A stretch of DNA of 64,000 nt. Origin: Eukaryota sp. TZLM1-RC (Eukaryota > Protista > Metamonada: BaSk clade). The position numbers and the translations under genes are program-made. The notes beneath the pieces were generated by a model that did no database searches, was not told where the DNA came from, and saw only the letters and a list, made by a program, of their open reading frames with translations. The stretch spans positions 434,001 to 498,000 of the forward strand of contig JAUPSS010000013.1 of NCBI GenBank assembly GCA_040285825.1, written 5' to 3'. This document shows positions 58,669-64,000 of this stretch, one piece after another; the first letter of the stretch is position 1; every line of letters starts with the position of its first letter.

Positions 58669-59508
58669 CTATCCAATCCAAATATTTGACTTATAAAACA
58701 ACTTTACATCTTCACACACTAAATCTCCTGAAACATTCCACTTGTATGGTTCATTTATATTCCAGTTGACTCCTTCTCGAAATCTACAGTCATTTGGATC
58801 AACCTTTGCTTCCCCCCAACTACCCCAATCAATACAACACTGAGTACATGGTATAGCAACCTTCTGACCAAATTTAGGGTGAGGGTTAGGGTTGGAAGTG
58901 TGCTGTACAGACACACAACCAAGTTCAAGTTGAGCACCCTCATCTGGTGCCAGTGATGGTGGAAAACTGTGACTTGGTAACATTGACGAATGGACAGGAC
59001 AGTTAGAGAAACGATGCAGGCAAAGCACCCCACAGCACGACCAACGGCCATGAAGTAACAATGGGTAGGCATTTGCAATGGAGCATTGCCCTCCAGAATC
59101 AATCAATGCAACACCAAATGTGAATTTACCATCTCTATCAACTGGCAGTTCATGCACTCCACAATGCGTGTGGCACATGGATGCAGGGTCATAGAAATCC
59201 AGGCACCGGGTACATTTGTTGGAGGAACACTGTAAGAAATGTGGATGAAATAGAGTCTCCTTCATGCAAACTGGACAAAAGTGAGTAAGTCTAAAGGATT
59301 CTTCGTCATCATTTCGCGACATTACCTCGATGTTTGAAGTATCGTCGTGAATAGAAGACACTTTATACATGGTATCAAGATCCTGTAAAGACTGCTTCAG
59401 TGCAGGGAAGTGGGTGAGGCAAAACTTGAAGGAGCAACTCAAGCACTCAACATGAGGTATGATACTGTTGGGTAGACGAAATGTATGGTGACAGGAACTA
59501 CATTCCAT
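58669..59508 (-). CDS. Cys/His-rich putative zinc-binding protein
   Basis: 279 aa from MECSSC; multiple CxxC pairs and WSCC. Confidence 0.7.
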   Translation of the reverse strand: MECSSCHHTFRLPNSIIPHVECLSCSFKFCLTHFPALKQSLQDLDTMYKVSSIHDDTSNIEVMSRNDDEESFRLTHFCPVCMKETLFHPHFLQCSSNKCTRCLDFYDPASMCHTHCGVHELPVDRDGKFTFGVALIDSGGQCSIANAYPLLLHGRWSCCGVLCLHRFSNCPVHSSMLPSHSFPPSLAPDEGAQLELGCVSVQHTSNPNPHPKFGQKVAIPCTQCCIDWGSWGEAKVDPNDCRFREGVNWNINEPYKWNVSGDLVCEDVKLFYKSNIWIG

Positions 59509-60244
59509 CGAAAGTGTTTTGACTTTAGATGTATTGCACCAATATTTGAAATGAAACCTTCTATCAATGTTAGAACTCCGAACGTTCAACCCTTCCGAAT
59601 GTTCGGCCGAACTAGTTTTTGTTCATTTACCCGTGTCAACACAGTTTTGTTTAAAGATGTTTTCCCAAATCCCTATTTCAACTACTACAATGGATTTCAT
59701 TGTTTAAAAATCTGTATTCATACATAAATACCCTTCTTTACATCAATTTTCTTCAATGCCAAAGCACCCTGTTTACAAACTTCTGGACAACGTTAATTAT
59801 GAATAATTTCTGAATAAAAGTTTACTTTGTTGGTTGATAGTCAGTGTAATAATATAAGGAAGGAGGAGATAAACAGCGTCTTGGTATTAATGAATCAAAA
59901 CGAGATGCAGAACTAACCGAACGTACGCCGAACTAGTTCAGTAATTCTAACATTGCCCACCATAATCAAAAATCAATGATTCTTGACACACATCCTCAGT
60001 CTCTTTGTGTAACATATTGTTTCCAACACTCTTTATTATACCAACTATTTTGTTACGAATGTGAAGCGATGAATGAGTATGCGATTCAGCATTCAAGGGA
60101 ACCAACTTTGCTTTAGATTTATCAGTTTTAGTGTTTTCTGCAGCAGACAGAGGAGTCATCAATCTACGCCATTAGGTTTTTCTCGAATAACGATTATTTC
60201 TGTTATGTATATTTTTCAAATAAATTTGTTTGATAATTTGTTTG

Positions 60245-60602
60245 TTGAACTTGCACACTGAATACAATTAATTCATAACTAATGGGACGAAATTCATTGA
60301 ACCAAGATTTCTCCTAAACCTTGGTCTGCTTGCTGTCTAGCGAAAGCTTCTCTAATTCGATTGAAAACCCGTGCTAATCTATTAATAGTGGCAAATTGAA
60401 TCCGAGAGCGCCATAAAAAATATCAAATCTTTTCATTGTTGTTCTCGAACCATTTTTTGGAAGTCATTCATAGAAGTTCCTGCTTCTACTGACAGCCTTT
60501 CGTTTCTAGAATATGGCAAAGCAATAAAATAAAGTGGTCTTTTTCTATCAGCATTAGCTTCTTCGATATCCTTGTCATATTTTCTATGTTTTTCTTTAGT
60601 TT
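60245..60602 (-). mobile_element. Degenerate 3' fragment of CRE-like family B
   Basis: Reverse complement similarity to 39320-39690; degenerate ~19-bp TSD. Confidence 0.8.
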
Positions 60603-61955
60603 TAAATTCATTTTAATAATTCAATGCAGACAGATGATTCAAGCAATGAAATCGGAAGAGATTAAACCAGATTTTTTTTCAAAATCGTGTGTTTCATCAG
60701 AGTTATCATGAGGATTTTTTTGAGGCTCATTGTTTTCATGAAGGTAATCTCATTTATAGTTGATAATTCGAATGAAAAATACCAAGTCCTCTTTGTCGAT
60801 ATTGTTAACGTTTCAACATTCTCAAAACGAACAGGCTAAGGGTACACTTCATCAAATTCTTTCCCATTCGCATTGTGAGTTTTGAAGTTTTCTGGAGAAA
60901 AACATCTTCTAGAGAAGTGACCTTTTTTTACAAAGTCTTTTGTTCAAGATATTTGATTGAGCCAACCAATAATATACTCTTCCATTAAATGGAATTGTAT
61001 TTGTAATCATTTGAAATTTCCTATTCCAATTTTATTAATCCAATTTAAAATTTCAATTTTAAATGTCTTTAAGGAATGAGCTTTATTTCATCAGTAGGAC
61101 TGCAAAAGGCATCAATGATGATAGAAATGAAAAATCATCACGAACACAATACAATGTGGGTGTTATCCTAAGCATTGATTTGGTTGATTCAATAACCATC
61201 AAATTTGTTCCTATATAGGAATAAATAATAATTTGTTCTAATTGCTATTTCTATGACGGATCTACTATTTATGAACCAAATAGTAGAAAATTCAACTGCT
61301 TTGACACAAGAAAGACTGAGTGTTTGTTTATTATCACCTGAGCATTCTGAATTCGATGTTGCAAACAAGACATCCAAGTTTGCGATAAAAAATGCAAATG
61401 TACAAAAATGGATAAAAATGAGACCCTTTAGGAAAAGACAAAGAACTCTGGGCAAAAGGCTCGCCTACATCTTCAGATATTTTTTTGCGTTTAATAGAGG
61501 GGAGAAAACTGATGGAAGCCATCTTCCATCAGCAGTGGCGAATTAATAGCGCTATATATTGTGAGTTGGAAGACATTCAACCAACAGAGGAAAAATGGAA
61601 TAGAAAACCAACAAAGAGGATAACTTAGTGAGACTACGGGAGTGTTATGAAGAAGTACAAATAATGATAGCTATTCAAATAGATATGGTCATCAAGGATC
61701 TTGAAAATGTCGTAAACCAGGTTCGACAAGGTCCAAGTGATCCAACAACGATTCAGCTAGGACGTCCAAGAAATTCCATTTCCTTGAATACGTGGAAAAT
61801 ATTCACAAAACTGGATGGAAAGAATGGAACAATCTGTCGGAAATGAAAGGTGTACAACATCTGACACGTCATTGTGAAATTGGGGAGGTGTGAAAGCAGA
61901 TGAGCTTGTTTTAAAGTGTTTTTCCAGAGTGGTTTAAATCGGTTTTTTCCTTCTA

Positions 61956-63212
61956 ATGGATCATATTGAACTTCCTCAGGTCTCTCCACTGCTTCCCGAT
62001 ACTTTCACCTTGTTTAAGGTGCATACCAAACTAGACGTTCAGTCAGCCAATTTCCCTCATCTCGATGATCGTTTCAAGGATTTTTCGCAGTATCTTAGTC
62101 CTCGTCGCTCCAATGATGCGACTATTGTACACAGCTTGGATGAATACACAGCTGACACTACTAATCACCGTTCACAGTATTTGATCAAACCCAAGTTTTT
62201 AAAAGGTGGTCCTTTTAAGAAGGTGATCAGTTGTGCAATTCAGTGTTACAAATGGAGTCTACGCTCAGAGGTTGAGGCTCTGTTTGCTGAAATTGATCCA
62301 AAAGAACGGCCTCGTGAAGAACGGATTGAGTTCCATGCAGGTTTGATTATATTTCCCATGTCCGAAACCAATGCTATGATCTATGGGTTCGGGCAATGGA
62401 CATCTCTTATCAACCGTAGGTGTATTATCCCTAACTGGGGATTACGAGTTTTAGCTTCTGAGCGCTTCTTTAACCCTGAGACGGTAAAGAAAATTGCTTA
62501 CTATTCTTCAAAAAATGATAAACTCATCAACACACATCAATCGTCCAAATCGTACCCATTGGTTGACGAACTTGAACCAGATGATAGGCTTTCCTCTATT
62601 CGAATAACCCCTAATGGTTTTAATCCCAGTCATGACTTTGAAGGCAAGGATTATCTCCATTTTACTCTACCCAAAGGTGAGCTGATTGAATTGAGTACAG
62701 AAATTCTAGAGACTTATATCACACAATTGCGATCTCTTGCTCAACAATTTCTCAATTTTGAATCCACCACAATTCATCAAGATTTAAAACCTTACGTATA
62801 TGAGTTAGTCACTGATAAAGAATTGCTGCCTAAGTTACAGCAAGAGTTCTTACGACAAAGATACGATGTAGAATTCATCAAACTTCATCCTAAGTTAACT
62901 CAGAATTTAGGGTCAAAGAAACCTTGGCTTGTTTGTCATTCACAATGTTGTGGTTCTTCATCAAATCCACGCAAAACGAATAATTTATTTGAGTTATTTT
63001 TCCATTTGTGCCAAGAATTATCACCTCTTATTATAAAGGATGTAGTCAATTTTGATACGATTGTACATGTTTTAAAAACCAAACATGATGAAACAACCGG
63101 AAAACCTAAGGTGAAGTTGCTGGATGTTGTGGTTTCTAAAACCTTCAATTACGAGGGTAACCAGTATTTCCTAGAATTGGGACACTTTTTCTACAAACCT
63201 GTAGCTGAATAG
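61956..63212 (+). CDS. DUF6119/TIGR04141-like protein, intronless, apparently lacking the C-terminal domain
   Basis: GLIIF...IYGFG....LI....PNWGLRV...P..VKKI, GKDYL, VTDKELL..L and YEGNQYFLELGHFF follow the motif order I recall for this bacterial family. Confidence 0.6.
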   Translation: MDHIELPQVSPLLPDTFTLFKVHTKLDVQSANFPHLDDRFKDFSQYLSPRRSNDATIVHSLDEYTADTTNHRSQYLIKPKFLKGGPFKKVISCAIQCYKWSLRSEVEALFAEIDPKERPREERIEFHAGLIIFPMSETNAMIYGFGQWTSLINRRCIIPNWGLRVLASERFFNPETVKKIAYYSSKNDKLINTHQSSKSYPLVDELEPDDRLSSIRITPNGFNPSHDFEGKDYLHFTLPKGELIELSTEILETYITQLRSLAQQFLNFESTTIHQDLKPYVYELVTDKELLPKLQQEFLRQRYDVEFIKLHPKLTQNLGSKKPWLVCHSQCCGSSSNPRKTNNLFELFFHLCQELSPLIIKDVVNFDTIVHVLKTKHDETTGKPKVKLLDVVVSKTFNYEGNQYFLELGHFFYKPVAE

Positions 63213-63643
63213 TTCTTGGCAAATAAATCTTAATCCTCTTTTTGAATCTACACCATTAGGTTTTTGTCGAATCACGATCATTTCTTGCTTGTTTCTGAAT
63301 AAATTCATTTTGATAATTTAATATAGACAATCGATTCAATCAATGAATTATGAAGAGATTGAACCAGAATTGTTTTTCAAAATCGTGTGCTTCATCAGAA
63401 TTATCGGGAGGATTCTTGAGGCTATTTGTTATTGAAATTGCATTTGTAATCTTTTGAAAATTCCTATTCCACATAATTAGTATTGAATCAATAGATTCAT
63501 TATAAGCAAAAAATTCAAAATAAATTAATAATAATATAATGATTAATATATTGATTTATTTACAACTGAACGTAAAACACCAAATAAAAGAATTATTTAA
63601 ATAAATAAATAAATAAATAAAATTAAAAATACAAACTCACTAA

Positions 63644-64000
63644 CTACTCTTCATTGAAACATAATGCAATCAACTCAGAGCCATTACTATGCTCTGATAT
63701 CACCCTCATTGGCAATGGTGCTGGAGAGAGCTTTTCTATCAATGCCGTGATGGATCCGGCACAAGAAGAAAGTTCTGCATGGGAGTGGAGGAGAGAAAAG
63801 TCAAGAGGAAGGTGTCTTTTTGATACGTACAGTTGGCATGAATGATAAAGGAAGGTCAAGATAGGATCCTCTTCTTCAAAATCTCGCTGAAGGAACTCAT
63901 CAAAGATATCATGGTAGTGCTCTATGTAGTGTGGTGAAAGAAGGAGTATGGAGGTGAGGATTAGACGTTGATGAATAGATGATAACTCGGTATAAAGATC
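63644..64000 (-). CDS. 3' end of a hypothetical host gene entering from the right edge
   Basis: Open frame DLYTELSS...LCFNEE* from position 64000. Confidence 0.65.
   Translation of the reverse strand, partial: DLYTELSSIHQRLILTSILLLSPHYIEHYHDIFDEFLQRDFEEEDPILTFLYHSCQLYVSKRHLPLDFSLLHSHAELSSCAGSITALIEKLSPAPLPMRVISEHSNGSELIALCFNEE

Overview
This is an AT-rich, gene-dense eukaryotic nuclear window using the standard genetic code, with very short GT-AG introns (26-36 nt). It is consistent with a compact protist genome; an anaerobic protist is possible but that is inference only. Host genes: PiT phosphate transporter, HPt phosphotransfer protein, RINGv E3 ligase, two half-size ABCA transporters, Get4-like, bacterial-type uridine kinase, Rrn10-like, HSBP1, eIF3i, DeSI/PPPDE, Vta1, a DUF6119/TIGR04141-like ORF and several hypotheticals. 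Mobile DNA is dense: a complete chromodomain Ty3/gypsy element with identical 165-bp LTRs (10426-17901), the 5' end of a second LTR family (1-786), many CRE-like RT-RLE non-LTR copies from several families, two Mutator-type elements with TIRs and TSDs, and a decayed Fanzor1 nuclease gene that the ORF track misses. Most notable: (i) two sequence-unrelated LTR elements both lack an LTR-adjacent tRNA primer site and carry the same covarying structure (4-bp stem, AT bulge, 12-bp palindrome) at the U5 end, suggesting tRNA-independent priming; (ii) an obligatory 2-nt microexon in the PiT gene; (iii) the Fanzor relic; (iv) a bacterial DUF6119-like gene. All family assignments come from motif recognition by eye, not from database searches.
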